Program-made: the position numbers and the translations under genes | The notes under the pieces: model-generated | The model's database searches: none | Told to the model about the DNA's origin: nothing | What the model saw: the letters and a program-made list of their open reading frames with translations, nothing else | NCBI GenBank assembly: GCA_003599815.1 | Contig: QZJZ01000005.1 | Location: 33,410 to 97,409, forward strand | Length of the DNA: 64,000 nucleotides | Direction of reading: 5' to 3' | Origin: Candidatus Auribacter fodinae | GTDB taxonomy: Bacteria > Auribacterota > Auribacteria > Auribacterales > Auribacteraceae | Part shown: positions 27,671-38,350 of the stretch, one piece after another | Position numbering within the stretch: position 1 is the first letter of the stretch | How the letters are laid out: each line of letters begins with the position of its first letter

Positions 27671-30315
27671 AATTCGACTGCTTTTTTCCTGAATCGTATT
27701 CGTACCAGTTCTGCTATTGTATTTAAAATAAACGTGATTATAAACAGTGTCAGCGCGGCGAGAAACAAGGTGCGGTAATGGGTACTGTTACGCACCGCTT
27801 CAGGAAGTTCCACTGCGATATTCGCTGACAGCGTGCGGAATCCGTTAAATATGTTCCATTCCATGACAGGGGTATTTCCTGCCGCCATGAGCACGATCAT
27901 CGTTTCCCCGACAGCCCTTCCCAAGCCGATCATGATGGCTGAAAAAAGCCCGCTCATCGCAGTGGGGATTATAATGCGGACTGCTGTCTGCCATTTGGTC
28001 GCTCCCGCGGCAAGCGATGCTGAACGGAGATGATCGGGCACTGCATTCAGCGCGTCTTCGGCGATAGTGTATATGATCGGGATGATGGCGAACCCCATAA
28101 TAAACCCTACTACCAGTGCGTTGCGCTGTTCGTACGTATCAAAAATATGGCCGCGCGGGTCGAATCCGGTCGCGGTGAGGATATGGGCTCCGAGATAAGA
28201 TCCGAGCAGTGTAACCAGTATGGCGGTTAAAAATTTGGCGATATCGAGAACGGCGCATTGCTGATGCGTGTAGCCCGCGGATACACGGCGGAGCGCCGGG
28301 TTCAGTATAACCGTAAATATCCATGCGCAACATACTGCGGCAAGAGGGATCAGCAGAAAAAACCAGCCGCCGCTTCCGTTTCCAACCTGTCCGTCAAGCC
28401 AGAGAATGATATTGTCCGCAAAACAGATTCGTTCGATAACGGGCGCGAGGAGATACGCGAACATAAATCCCGCAGGGACAGAGAGAAACATTACCGAAAA
28501 CTTATATTTTTGAACACGCAGTCCGAAGCGGTACGGCATCAACTGCCATAAATACGCGCCGAGCAGAAAACTTATCGGAATAGTAATAAAGATGGTCAGG
28601 AACAAAGCCAGATTATCCGCTACTACCGGAGCGAACACCAGAGCCGCGAGGAAACCGAGCACCACGCTCGGTAAACTCGCCATGAGCTCAACCATTGGTT
28701 TTATATGGCTTTTTAGTTTCGGGTTCAGGAACTCGCTGGTGAATATCGCCGCGAGCAGAGCGATCGGCACACCGAAAATCAGTGAGAAAATGGTTGCTTT
28801 TAACGTGCCGAACACGAGGGGGATTAACCCGTATTTCGGTTCGAAATCGTCTGTTGATGAAGAAGACTGCCACACGTGCATCGGTTCGGGGGATCCTTCG
28901 TACCAGACCGGCGTGAACAGTGACGACAGGGTTATCTCAGGATAGCGGGGGTCAAATTTCCATAAACTGAGCCCGTTGGCAGTCATGACCAGCAGAGCGT
29001 CATCTTTTGGTGCGAAAACCACATCATACACTTCTCCGCTGTCCGATGACGGCTTTATAGAACCTAATTTTTTTTCACTGGTTACATGAAAAAGTTCAAC
29101 GGTACCGTCATTATGCCCAACCCCGATAATGCGTGAGCGCTGTGACGTGCTTATAGCGGAAACTTCTTTGTTCTCAGATTTGAATCTATGCGCCGCAACA
29201 AGATTTGTTACGGTTTTATCAATGCTTTTCTCCTCATCTATAATAGGAAACAAGATTTGTACGGTTCCTGATGAGTCGCCTGCCAGCAGTGATGTACCGC
29301 CGAGCAGGTACCTGCATGCGGTTATTTTTGACGAGCCGTCAGGTACAAGATTTTTTTCCTCTGCGACGACGATATTTTTGAAATCGCGAGTGTCGTACCT
29401 GAGGAGCAGTCCGTCAGTCCATACAAGCTGAAGCGAATCGCCGAGTCCTGACAGCAGGAGGAATTTCGGCGCGGGCTGGTTATCTCTCTGTGTATAGTCT
29501 ATATTAGATCCTGATCTTTTATATGATACTTTACCTGTCAGGATATTTTTTCGTTTGGAAATATTGTTTATTCGTAAAGTATTGTCTTCATAAAGAGCAG
29601 TATAGAACAACCCGCGCGATGAATTTACATGGTGCAGTAACAGGACGGGAGAGGATGATTCTGTAGTAAACGGGTCATCGAAGTCCGTCTTCATTGTCCT
29701 CATCCTGTACTGGTCTTTGGATATGCGCTGTATCATGCCTGATTCGTATGGTACAGCGTCGCCTTCTTTGATGGACTGAACCGATTCGGGAAGGTCATGG
29801 ATATCGATAAAAGTTGTCTTGAACCCGAGTTCACCGATGGAGATGGAACCGTCTGAAAAACCTAAAAAAAGGGAATTGTCTTCAAATGAATATGATGAAG
29901 CGGAAATGGATTTATCGGGAAACAGTGTTTTTGTGTCTATTATGGAACCGTTATCGAGCCGGTAACAGAGGACGGAGCCGTTTTTGTATATATTGAGTGC
30001 GAGCAATTGATATTCGTCCAGAACTATATGAAGGGGTTTAGCCTGTAATTCCTGCACCTGAGGAATAGTTTGTGTGCCGGATATATCCGCCTGTTTCAGT
30101 AAAGGGAACACTACCCACAACAGGAACACGCATACGGTCGACACGGCAATGATGGTGCCGATTCCGCCGATAGTAATAACGTGTTTGGAAATAACATCAG
30201 CCGCCTTGACAGATAGGCTGGTTTTCTTTTTTCGTGTCCTGCCGGTGAATTGTTTTTGCATAATCGGTTTTAATGTTCCATATTTCCGGTTGAGTTCTGG
30301 TCTTATCCTGCGCAA
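27667..30315 (-). CDS. pstC: Phosphate ABC transporter permease PstC, long form (882 aa) with ~480-aa N-terminal periplasmic domain
   Basis: C-terminal PstC core (GLIPLVFGTLKATIFSLIFGVPIALLAAIF). N-terminal domain follows a signal-anchor and is rich in WD/beta-propeller-like strands. Confidence 0.85.
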   Translation of the reverse strand: MRRIRPELNRKYGTLKPIMQKQFTGRTRKKKTSLSVKAADVISKHVITIGGIGTIIAVSTVCVFLLWVVFPLLKQADISGTQTIPQVQELQAKPLHIVLDEYQLLALNIYKNGSVLCYRLDNGSIIDTKTLFPDKSISASSYSFEDNSLFLGFSDGSISIGELGFKTTFIDIHDLPESVQSIKEGDAVPYESGMIQRISKDQYRMRTMKTDFDDPFTTESSSPVLLLHHVNSSRGLFYTALYEDNTLRINNISKRKNILTGKVSYKRSGSNIDYTQRDNQPAPKFLLLSGLGDSLQLVWTDGLLLRYDTRDFKNIVVAEEKNLVPDGSSKITACRYLLGGTSLLAGDSSGTVQILFPIIDEEKSIDKTVTNLVAAHRFKSENKEVSAISTSQRSRIIGVGHNDGTVELFHVTSEKKLGSIKPSSDSGEVYDVVFAPKDDALLVMTANGLSLWKFDPRYPEITLSSLFTPVWYEGSPEPMHVWQSSSSTDDFEPKYGLIPLVFGTLKATIFSLIFGVPIALLAAIFTSEFLNPKLKSHIKPMVELMASLPSVVLGFLAALVFAPVVADNLALFLTIFITIPISFLLGAYLWQLMPYRFGLRVQKYKFSVMFLSVPAGFMFAYLLAPVIERICFADNIILWLDGQVGNGSGGWFFLLIPLAAVCCAWIFTVILNPALRRVSAGYTHQQCAVLDIAKFLTAILVTLLGSYLGAHILTATGFDPRGHIFDTYEQRNALVVGFIMGFAIIPIIYTIAEDALNAVPDHLRSASLAAGATKWQTAVRIIIPTAMSGLFSAIMIGLGRAVGETMIVLMAAGNTPVMEWNIFNGFRTLSANIAVELPEAVRNSTHYRTLFLAALTLFIITFILNTIAELVRIRFRKKAVEL

Positions 30316-30415
30316 TATTTTGCGCTAAAAACTGAAAATTCTCTGTGGTTTCACAGGGGCAGAACCGTATCACAATCCTGCCCCTGCGAGAAACCATTAT
30401 CAGAGCTAAATTATA

Positions 30416-31402
30416 TTAGAATTCAGGAGTGATGCCAACTGATTCCAAAGCCTGCCTCGCCATATCGGCCGGTACCGGAAAGTAACCGTCTTTTACTACG
30501 TCAGACTGGCCCTGCTGGCTGAATATATATTTGATGAATTCCCTGCGCAAAGGATCAATTTCCGAACCCGGTTTGTAGTTCACATAAATGTAGAGGAACC
30601 GGGAAAGCGGATAGTCGCCGCTGTATGCGTATTCTGGAGTAGCCGGAATCATTTCGGAATTTTCATCAAGAGCAAGGGCGATCGCTTTAACGTCAGCGGT
30701 TTTGTAACCGATACCGCTGTAACCGATACCGCCAAGGTCGGAAGCAACACCCTGAACCACGGCTGAACTGCCCGGCTGTTCCTTAACTGAATCCTTGTAG
30801 TCGCCTTTGCCGAGGGTGTGTTCTTTAAAATAACCGTATGTACCTGAAGCGGCGTTACGTCCGTACATGCTGATCGGCAGGTTGGCGAACTGCTCAGCAA
30901 GTCCGAGCTGTCCCCAGTTGGTGATATCCTGAGCATATCCGAGTTTGCGTGACTTGGAGAAAATCGCGTCAACCTGCGGCATGGTCATTCCGTCGATCGG
31001 GTTATCTTTGTTGACATACACAGCAAGCATGTCGATGCTTGTCGGCAGTGATGTCGGTTTGTACCCGAACTTCTGTTCGAATTCGTCGATTTCCTTGTCT
31101 TTCATTTTGCGGCTCATAGGCCCGAGGTTTGATGTTCCCTCGATCAACGCCGGAGGCGCGGTGGATGAACCTTTGCCTTCAATTTCGATCTGGACATTCG
31201 GATAGATTTTCTTGAAACCTTCCGACCACAATGTCATAAGATTGTTCAGCGTGTCGGATCCGACACTCTTCAACGTACCTGACACACCGCTTACCGGTTT
31301 GTATTCAGGTAATTCTGGGTCAACCTTAACTTGCGCGGTTGCCATGGTGGCGGCAACAGTCATTGCCATTCCGAAACTCAGTACTGCATACAATTTTTTC
31401 AT
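30416..31402 (-). CDS. pstS: Phosphate-binding protein PstS
   Basis: Signal peptide and TLKSVGSDTLNNLMTLWSEGF...GSSTAP PBP family motifs. First gene of the pstSCAB operon. Confidence 0.9.
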   Translation of the reverse strand: MKKLYAVLSFGMAMTVAATMATAQVKVDPELPEYKPVSGVSGTLKSVGSDTLNNLMTLWSEGFKKIYPNVQIEIEGKGSSTAPPALIEGTSNLGPMSRKMKDKEIDEFEQKFGYKPTSLPTSIDMLAVYVNKDNPIDGMTMPQVDAIFSKSRKLGYAQDITNWGQLGLAEQFANLPISMYGRNAASGTYGYFKEHTLGKGDYKDSVKEQPGSSAVVQGVASDLGGIGYSGIGYKTADVKAIALALDENSEMIPATPEYAYSGDYPLSRFLYIYVNYKPGSEIDPLRREFIKYIFSQQGQSDVVKDGYFPVPADMARQALESVGITPEF

Positions 31403-31929
31403 GTTTCCTCCTTATTCACCATTTTCGGCTTGTTTGACACAACTGCGTTTTGTAAGTGTCTGGGCGTAGAATACGTCTTAATTACGGGAGATTTATTACG
31501 GAATTGTTAGGAAACTGTTAAATCGACAGGCGCTTTTTTTGAAAGATCAGGTTTGTTCTGAATCTGATTTATTTAAAAATATACTAGAACCGCTTATTTT
31601 TTAAAGCTATTTCTCCCGCGCAGTGCCGATTGTTCGGACATCAGGAATAGTCCTTTTATTCGATCGTTATCGTTTGCCCTGATAACAGGTGTCGGATGTA
31701 TCCGGCGGTGCGCGAAGCTGTTTGGTTATTGTACAACGCGGGGAATTAGACAACTTTAACCTTTAAAGGCGAAGGAATTGTGTTTACGGAGACGTATGGG
31801 CATTAGCTGTTATTATCAGGCAGGTAATGGATGAAGAATCGCTTTTTTTGAAAGTATCCTTGCCTTAAGAATTTCATTATGGCATTTTATTTGCTTTGTT
31901 CTTCCATGAACCGTTAATCACAATATGTT

Positions 31930-32721
31930 ATGGAGAACGCAATGCATTCAACATTGGTTGTCCGTGGCGACGATCGCAGTTTGTATCGAACCGCGGACGG
32001 GTACCTGTTCTGGTTAGATGAAAATAAGCCTCTTGACCGGAGCATAATACAGACAGGAATATATGACCTGTCTGGTACCCGTGTAATTGCCAGCCTTGTT
32101 AAGCAGGGAGACATTGTGATCGATATAGGCGCGAACATCGGGTATTACACGGTTCTGATGCAAAGTTTGGCGGGAGAGACGGGCAGAGTGCTTGCTTTCG
32201 AGCCGGCCGCCTGCATCAGCGATGTGCTTCGCCGGAACGTATCGACGAATAAGATGGGGAACTGTGATGTGTTTCAGGTGGGGTTGTCGGATCATAGCGG
32301 GTCAGGGACACTGTATATCAGCGCAGAGTGCGTTTCACTGCACCGGGTAATGGATACGGTACCGGCAAGCAGTGAAACGGTCAGCTTGATCAGCCTTGAC
32401 GAGTTTGTGCATACCTTTGGCGCGCCTGAAAAGATAGATTTTATCAAAATGGATGTAGATGGGCACGAGCCTTATGTCCTCAACGGCGCATGGCAGACAC
32501 TGGAACGGTTTGACCCGGTTTTAATGATAAATATCAGCCATGAGTATTATCTTGCGGCTGGAATGACGGCGTGGGATTTTTATTATCTGCTAAAAGATAA
32601 AGGTTATTTCATTTATTACGATGATAATCTTGATGAAATAATGACAAAACACCAGTTTCTGGTGAAATGCGCTAATTTCGACAGAAACGTCAACATTATT
32701 ATATCGCGCCATAAACTTTAA
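31930..32721 (+). CDS. FkbM-family methyltransferase
   Basis: IDIGANIGYYT...FEP...IDFIKMDVDGHE matches the FkbM signature. The more likely start is ATG 31942 (RBS GGAGA). Confidence 0.75.
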   Translation: MENAMHSTLVVRGDDRSLYRTADGYLFWLDENKPLDRSIIQTGIYDLSGTRVIASLVKQGDIVIDIGANIGYYTVLMQSLAGETGRVLAFEPAACISDVLRRNVSTNKMGNCDVFQVGLSDHSGSGTLYISAECVSLHRVMDTVPASSETVSLISLDEFVHTFGAPEKIDFIKMDVDGHEPYVLNGAWQTLERFDPVLMINISHEYYLAAGMTAWDFYYLLKDKGYFIYYDDNLDEIMTKHQFLVKCANFDRNVNIIISRHKL

Positions 32722-32823
32722 TCGGATTAATGAGTCTAAATTAATGGCTCAATGTCTATAAATGAAAGAGATATGCAGAAATAGCCATACAGTTTGAGGT
32801 TTAACAGAGCAAAGGGAGTTATT

Positions 32824-32994
32824 ATGGAGTACCATTCGTACTTTGACAAGCCGAACAAAAAAGTGAAGGAAAAGAAGGCACAGGCGTTTAAACGCGGTGA
32901 GTCTGATCAGGATCATGACAATGATTTAGAACGGATCGACAATTTCACCATGCGGCATTTTCGCGGTTCATCGGAAGATGCTGAACATGAATAA
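32824..32994 (+). CDS. Small acidic hypothetical protein (~56 aa)
   Basis: ORF with GGGAG RBS before ATG 32824. No similarity recognised. Confidence 0.2.
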   Translation: MEYHSYFDKPNKKVKEKKAQAFKRGESDQDHDNDLERIDNFTMRHFRGSSEDAEHE

Positions 32995-33243
32995 AAAACG
33001 CTTTGTTTTCTCATTGTTGGAATCGTACCGCAAAAATTCTTCTTCGGGCCAGCCTTAGAGGCTTGCGTCTATCAGGCGGCTGCCGCCCTGCAGGGGAGAG
33101 CGCCGTTTCGGATATAATTTACTGATCTGATAACATTGTATCAAGCATAACATAAAATTTCGCATAGAAGCAGGCATGCTTGCTGGATCCATGAGGGAGA
33201 GATGCCTCATCTTTTCGGGTGTGTTTTTGCCCTGTCTTGGCGG

Positions 33244-35979
33244 TTATTTTGTTTTTGCCGGTAACGTAAAATAAAAGGTGCACCCCAGATTAGGCCCGTC
33301 GGATTCTACCCATACAGTCCTTCCGTGCAGTTCGATAATGCGTTTGACTATGGACAGCCCTATTCCTGATCCTTCTGAGGCTGGGTCGAGTTTATCGAAC
33401 AGCCCGAATATTTTTTCGTGGTATTCCGGGTTGAGCCCGATACCGTTATCGCGAACGTAAAACACATTTTCTCCGTTGAGCTCGGTTACCCCGATGCGGA
33501 TTTCAGGCTGTTTGAGGTGAGCAGTAAACTTAGCGGCGTTTTCAATCAGGTTGGTCATGACTTCAACGATGCGTTTGCGGTCGACATAAACAATGGGGAA
33601 CGGTGTTTCCATAATAACCGTTGCGCCAGTGTTGTGAAGCCTGCCTGAAACTAATTCCAAAGCCTCATGGAGAATATCTTTAAAATCGACATTTTCCGGC
33701 TCATTAACCACCCTGCCGATGCGAGAAAGTTCGAGCAGTTCGTCAAGGAGCTGGCGCATTTTTGTTGTGGCGTTCAGTATGCGGGATGTGTGGTGGGTTA
33801 GTTCCTTACTGTTTTTAACCAGGTCGGTTCGAACTGCGAGCTGTGTGAACCCTTCGATAGTGATGAGCGGGCTTTTCAGGTCGTGTGAGACAGTGTAGGC
33901 GTACTGTTCCAGTTCGGCGTTTTGCATTTCAAGGCGGGCGATCAGTTTTTCCCTTTCATGTTTTGCTTTCTTCTGCTCAGTTATATTCACCACAGAAAAG
34001 ATAATGCCAGCGGATTTATCCTCATTATCGACGCAAGCAAGGCAGAGGAGAGTGTCTATTAAACTTCCGTCTTTATGGCGCAGTTGCGCTTCGGTTGATC
34101 CTACGCCCTGCACAAAAACCTGTTGCGTAATGCAATCGCCGACTTTGTTATATGTTGCGTCATCTTTATAGAGCATGCGTGTTGATTTACCAAGCATTTC
34201 TTCAGGCGTGTAACCGATCATGTTGCTGAACCCTGTATTAATCCATTGAATAATACGGTTAATTGCCTTGCCCAGCCCGATGGGCGTGGCGTGGAGCACT
34301 GAACTGAGGATGCGCTCGCTTTTTTGCAGGGCGAGTTGTTCCTTTTTGCGTTCGCTTATATCCCTGACCAGCCCCTGAAGAATAATGGTGTTGTCCACGC
34401 TGAGCATGCCGAGCGACACTTCCGCGTCAAAGATGGTTCCATCGCCGCGTGTGTGCTGCCATTCAAATATCTGGGGTTCGCCATTGAGCACTTTTGAGAC
34501 GATGGCAAATCCCTTTTCAAAAGTATTTTGTCCGTCGGGCTGTGTTTCCGGCGATAATTTGAGCGGTGAGGAGCCGATAATCTGGTCGCGGGTACGCCCA
34601 AATATTTCCAGAGTTTTGTTGTTGCAGTCAATTATTGTAAGATCTTCGTTATGCAGAAATATGCAGTCACTGGCAGATTCAAAAAGCAAGCGGTATTTCG
34701 CCTCGCTCTGGCGAAGCGCTGATTCCGTTTTCTTCCGATCAGTGACGTCCCTTATCACTGCCTGAAGCATAGTTTCATTCCCTATTTTAATCGTACTGAG
34801 AGATACCTCCGTATTAATTAAACTGCCGTCTCCTCTGACATGCTGCCATTCAAAAAATTGAGGAACGCCATCACTAATATGCTGATGAATGATAGATACT
34901 TTTTCGTCCGATCGCTGCCCGTCGGGCTGGTATTCGGGTGAAAGCTGGATGGGGTTTGAACCAATAATCTGTTCGCGTGTCCGCCCGTAAATATCCAGTG
35001 TTTTTGTGTTGCAATCGATTATGCTAATATCTTCATTGAGCAGTAATATCCCGTCGTTAGCAGATTCAAAAAGTAATCGATATTTCGCCTCGCTCTGGCG
35101 AAGCGCGGATTCAGTTTGTTTGCGTCCTGTGATGTCACGGTCGACACCGCGGTACCCGATAAAATCGCCGTTTTGTGCGATGATAGGTACTCCGCTGGTC
35201 TCAATGACAACAAGCGACCCGTCTTTACAGCGGTTAATGTTTTCCATTTCAGAAAAAGCCCGGTGGTTCCGTGCTAGTTCGCTGAACTCGCCCGCAATGC
35301 GTTCTGCTTCATACTCAGGCATAAAATCAAACGGCTTTTTGCCGATCATTTCTTCCGGTTCGTACCCGAGCACCATTTTGCTGACAGGAGAAACATAGGT
35401 ATAATACCCGTTTGCATCAACTTCCCAGATCATTTCGTTCAGCGTTTCGACCAGTGCCCTGAATTTCTCCTCACTTTCCCTCAGTTTATATTCAAGCTGT
35501 ATATGCTGGCTGATATCGCGGGCGATAAAAATAGCGGTTTCCCTGTTTTCCAGTTTGCGGAACCCGATATGAATCTCTGCGTGGATGCAGTCGGAATCAG
35601 GAGAGCAAAGCGTTGTGATAAACTCCGCAAAACTCTGGTCTTCCGACCGGGATTCGGAGTAATGTTTAAATATGATGCTCCAGCATTCCTGTCCCGCAAC
35701 ATCTTTGAGAAACAGAGAGTTTGGAGCATAATCCGTGATGTTCCAGAAGTCTCTGGATGCCTGATTCATATCTATGATATCGCCTGCCGGCATGTCGATG
35801 AGAATATAGAGATCCTGACTGTTGTCCAGCATGGTGCGGAACAGTTCTATTTCTGTAAGATGAAACTTCAGTTTTGGATAATAACTTTTCCTGAATGACC
35901 GTTCTCCCAGCCCGAGGAGCTTTTTGAGGTCTTCAGGGTTCGGGTTATATGGCGAATGCTTTTCCATACAGTGCTTCAA
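33244..35979 (-). CDS. Cytoplasmic multi-PAS sensor histidine kinase, no receiver domain
   Basis: At least four PAS units, including two near-identical tandem units. H-box VSHDLKSPLITIEGF and a C-terminal HATPase. Confidence 0.85.
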   Translation of the reverse strand: MKHCMEKHSPYNPNPEDLKKLLGLGERSFRKSYYPKLKFHLTEIELFRTMLDNSQDLYILIDMPAGDIIDMNQASRDFWNITDYAPNSLFLKDVAGQECWSIIFKHYSESRSEDQSFAEFITTLCSPDSDCIHAEIHIGFRKLENRETAIFIARDISQHIQLEYKLRESEEKFRALVETLNEMIWEVDANGYYTYVSPVSKMVLGYEPEEMIGKKPFDFMPEYEAERIAGEFSELARNHRAFSEMENINRCKDGSLVVIETSGVPIIAQNGDFIGYRGVDRDITGRKQTESALRQSEAKYRLLFESANDGILLLNEDISIIDCNTKTLDIYGRTREQIIGSNPIQLSPEYQPDGQRSDEKVSIIHQHISDGVPQFFEWQHVRGDGSLINTEVSLSTIKIGNETMLQAVIRDVTDRKKTESALRQSEAKYRLLFESASDCIFLHNEDLTIIDCNNKTLEIFGRTRDQIIGSSPLKLSPETQPDGQNTFEKGFAIVSKVLNGEPQIFEWQHTRGDGTIFDAEVSLGMLSVDNTIILQGLVRDISERKKEQLALQKSERILSSVLHATPIGLGKAINRIIQWINTGFSNMIGYTPEEMLGKSTRMLYKDDATYNKVGDCITQQVFVQGVGSTEAQLRHKDGSLIDTLLCLACVDNEDKSAGIIFSVVNITEQKKAKHEREKLIARLEMQNAELEQYAYTVSHDLKSPLITIEGFTQLAVRTDLVKNSKELTHHTSRILNATTKMRQLLDELLELSRIGRVVNEPENVDFKDILHEALELVSGRLHNTGATVIMETPFPIVYVDRKRIVEVMTNLIENAAKFTAHLKQPEIRIGVTELNGENVFYVRDNGIGLNPEYHEKIFGLFDKLDPASEGSGIGLSIVKRIIELHGRTVWVESDGPNLGCTFYFTLPAKTK

Positions 35980-37108
35980 TGTCCTCTTTTGAAGGCATGA
36001 CAGGGTTTGTCAGTATGCAGGGATCCTTCAGCGTTTTCTCCGCGAGGGCAGGTATCTCTTCAGGCGTGATAATACCCGCATCGAAATTCGGTTTGATACC
36101 AAGATTCTGCATAAAACAAAGTATCATTTCACACACATCTTTCCGTGAAGGATGCGAACTTTCGCATCCCAGCGCCTTGCCAATTGTTTCATAACGTAAC
36201 GGCGCGCTATCATAATTATACTCTATCACATACCGCAGGAGAATTGCATTACATTCTCCATGAGGCAGATCTTTTGTTCCGCCGAGTACGTGTGCCATAG
36301 CGTGGACAAGCCCGAGGCTGGCATTGGAGAACGCGAGCCCCGCATGGAGGCTGGCGAGCATCATTTGTTCGCGAAGAAGCGGGTCTGAGAGGTTGTGAAC
36401 GACACGCGGCAGGGTTTTGACTATGATTTCTATTGCTCTGATCGCGTGCAGGTCTGTTATCGGCGAACTGAATTTTGAGGCGTACGCCTCGATGGCGTGA
36501 ACCAGCGCGTCGCTACCGGTATGCGAGGTCAACGCTTTGTCCATGGTGTATGTCACTTCCGGGTCGATTAATGATATATCGGGCACAACCGCTTTACTTA
36601 TGATAGCGAACTTCCGTTTTTCCTGAACATCCGTAATTATGGCGAATTGCGAGACGTCGGCAGATGTTCCCGCTGTGGACGGTATACAGATAATGGGCGG
36701 AATCGGAGTGTAAATCTGATCAATCCCTTCATAATCTTTGATATTTCCCCCGTTGGCGGCAACAATCCCAATACCTTTGGCGCAATCAATAACACTGCCT
36801 CCGCCGACTGCTATTATGATATCGCATTTTTCAGAAACGTATATTTCCGCTCCGTGCATAACCTCTTCGCACTTTGGATTCGGTGTCAGATCCTTGAAAA
36901 GAACGCCTGCGGCGCCTGCCTGCTCTGTGATACGAATTATGGACGGGGACCATCCGGCATTTATAAGCCCGTCATCCGTAACGATAAAAACTTTTCTGCC
37001 GCAGAAGTTGCGGACATACTGGTCGATGAACAGGCGGGCCTTGTTGCCGAAAATGAACTCAGGGGCGATGAATTTACGGAGTCTTGAAACATACGATGTG
37101 TTGTTCAT
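35945..37108 (-). CDS. Iron-containing (group III) alcohol dehydrogenase
   Basis: GGGSVIDCAKGIG and HAMAHVLGG Fe-ADH motifs. RBS AGGAGG before ATG 37108. Confidence 0.85.
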   Translation of the reverse strand: MNNTSYVSRLRKFIAPEFIFGNKARLFIDQYVRNFCGRKVFIVTDDGLINAGWSPSIIRITEQAGAAGVLFKDLTPNPKCEEVMHGAEIYVSEKCDIIIAVGGGSVIDCAKGIGIVAANGGNIKDYEGIDQIYTPIPPIICIPSTAGTSADVSQFAIITDVQEKRKFAIISKAVVPDISLIDPEVTYTMDKALTSHTGSDALVHAIEAYASKFSSPITDLHAIRAIEIIVKTLPRVVHNLSDPLLREQMMLASLHAGLAFSNASLGLVHAMAHVLGGTKDLPHGECNAILLRYVIEYNYDSAPLRYETIGKALGCESSHPSRKDVCEMILCFMQNLGIKPNFDAGIITPEEIPALAEKTLKDPCILTNPVMPSKEDIEALYGKAFAI

Positions 37109-37471
37109 GATGTACCTCCTGAGCGTCAATGCTGATGTTGTTTATATAACAATAGTACTGTTTTGTCTCCCTAATAGAAAGATTAAAGTTTGCGAGAATA
37201 GTTAAATATAATGCACGTATATTGTATGTTTAATATAATCTCTTGTATTGTAGTATGATGTGATTTTGATCCCATGTTACCCTTTTGCGAATGTTATGAA
37301 ATAATTGCTATTTCGCCTGAAGGTAATTGCCGTATATATAAGAGATATGCTTTCCGGCAAAGTATGATAAAAAACAGCGCGCCGCCGGTGCGCAATAGTC
37401 TGGACAGTATTGCGCCGTGTATGTAGAATATAAATCATTCGGACAGGTGTCATTTTTTCAGAAGGGGAAAT

Positions 37472-38350
37472 ATGAGCGTTGTTAATTCATCGAACCGTGA
37501 ACCTGAGGTTATTTATTCTATCAGGGGCGCGCAATTCAGGGGAATACGGGGAAGGCTTTTGACCACACGTCTTATGGCTCGCGAACTGATCTCCTCTCGA
37601 GAACTTATTTTCAGGCTCTACGCACGGGATTTCAGTACGAAGTACCGCCAGTCGGCGCTGGGTGTTTTATGGGCGCTGTTAGTGCCTCTGGCGACTGTTG
37701 CCATATTCGCAGGAATGAATTCCGCCGGAGTGTTTACAATAGAGGAGATGTCTGTGCCGTATGTGGTGTATGCTCTGCTCGGCATAAGCATATTTAATCT
37801 TTTTAACGGGGTGTTGATAGCGAGTACGCCGTCAGTGGTGTTCGCTCAGAATATGGTCAGCAAGATTAATTTTCCAAAAACCGCGTTGGTCTTTTCCGCA
37901 TCGATACACGGGCTGGTTGACTTTGCCGTGCGCGGTGTGCTTTTGTGCGGCGTTTTCCTGCTTTTAAAACAGTCTCCGCATCCGGCAGGATCTGTGCTGG
38001 GTGTAGTTGCGTTACTTCCGCTGTATCTTTTTTCTGTCGGGGTGGCTTTTTTTTCAACTATGCTTAATGCGATACTCCGCGACATAACCAATGTGGTCAA
38101 TTTCGGGTGCATGGGGATCATGATGCTTTCACCGGTTCTGTATCCTATTTCAGGCGATAGCCTTGTCGCTCGCTTTAATGTATGGAATCCTTTCAATTAT
38201 TTTATCAATGTGCCGCGCGACCTGATATTGTTCGGATCCAGTAAACAGATGGTTGGGTATGGCATATGGTCGATGATATCACTGGCGGTTTTTTATGTGG
38301 GCTGGCGGTTTTTCTTTATAGCACAAAACAGGATTGTCGAACGGATATAA
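37472..38350 (+). CDS. wzm: ABC-2 type polysaccharide/O-antigen export permease (Wzm/KpsM/TagG)
   Basis: ELIFRLYARDFSTKYRQSALGVLWALLVPL is the ABC-2 signature. Six TM segments. Confidence 0.85.
   Translation: MSVVNSSNREPEVIYSIRGAQFRGIRGRLLTTRLMARELISSRELIFRLYARDFSTKYRQSALGVLWALLVPLATVAIFAGMNSAGVFTIEEMSVPYVVYALLGISIFNLFNGVLIASTPSVVFAQNMVSKINFPKTALVFSASIHGLVDFAVRGVLLCGVFLLLKQSPHPAGSVLGVVALLPLYLFSVGVAFFSTMLNAILRDITNVVNFGCMGIMMLSPVLYPISGDSLVARFNVWNPFNYFINVPRDLILFGSSKQMVGYGIWSMISLAVFYVGWRFFFIAQNRIVERI

Noticed and set aside
31403-31560. A Pho box upstream of pstS
   Set aside because: No convincing tandem CTGTCAT-type 7-4-7 repeats could be recognised by eye on the reverse strand.
33191-33216. 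The hairpin ATGAGG-gagagatg-CCTCAT followed by CTTTTC as a + strand terminator
   Set aside because: It lies 200 nt past the only upstream + ORF (a doubtful 56-aa gene) and inside the likely promoter region of the minus-strand kinase. The assignment is too uncertain to list as a feature.
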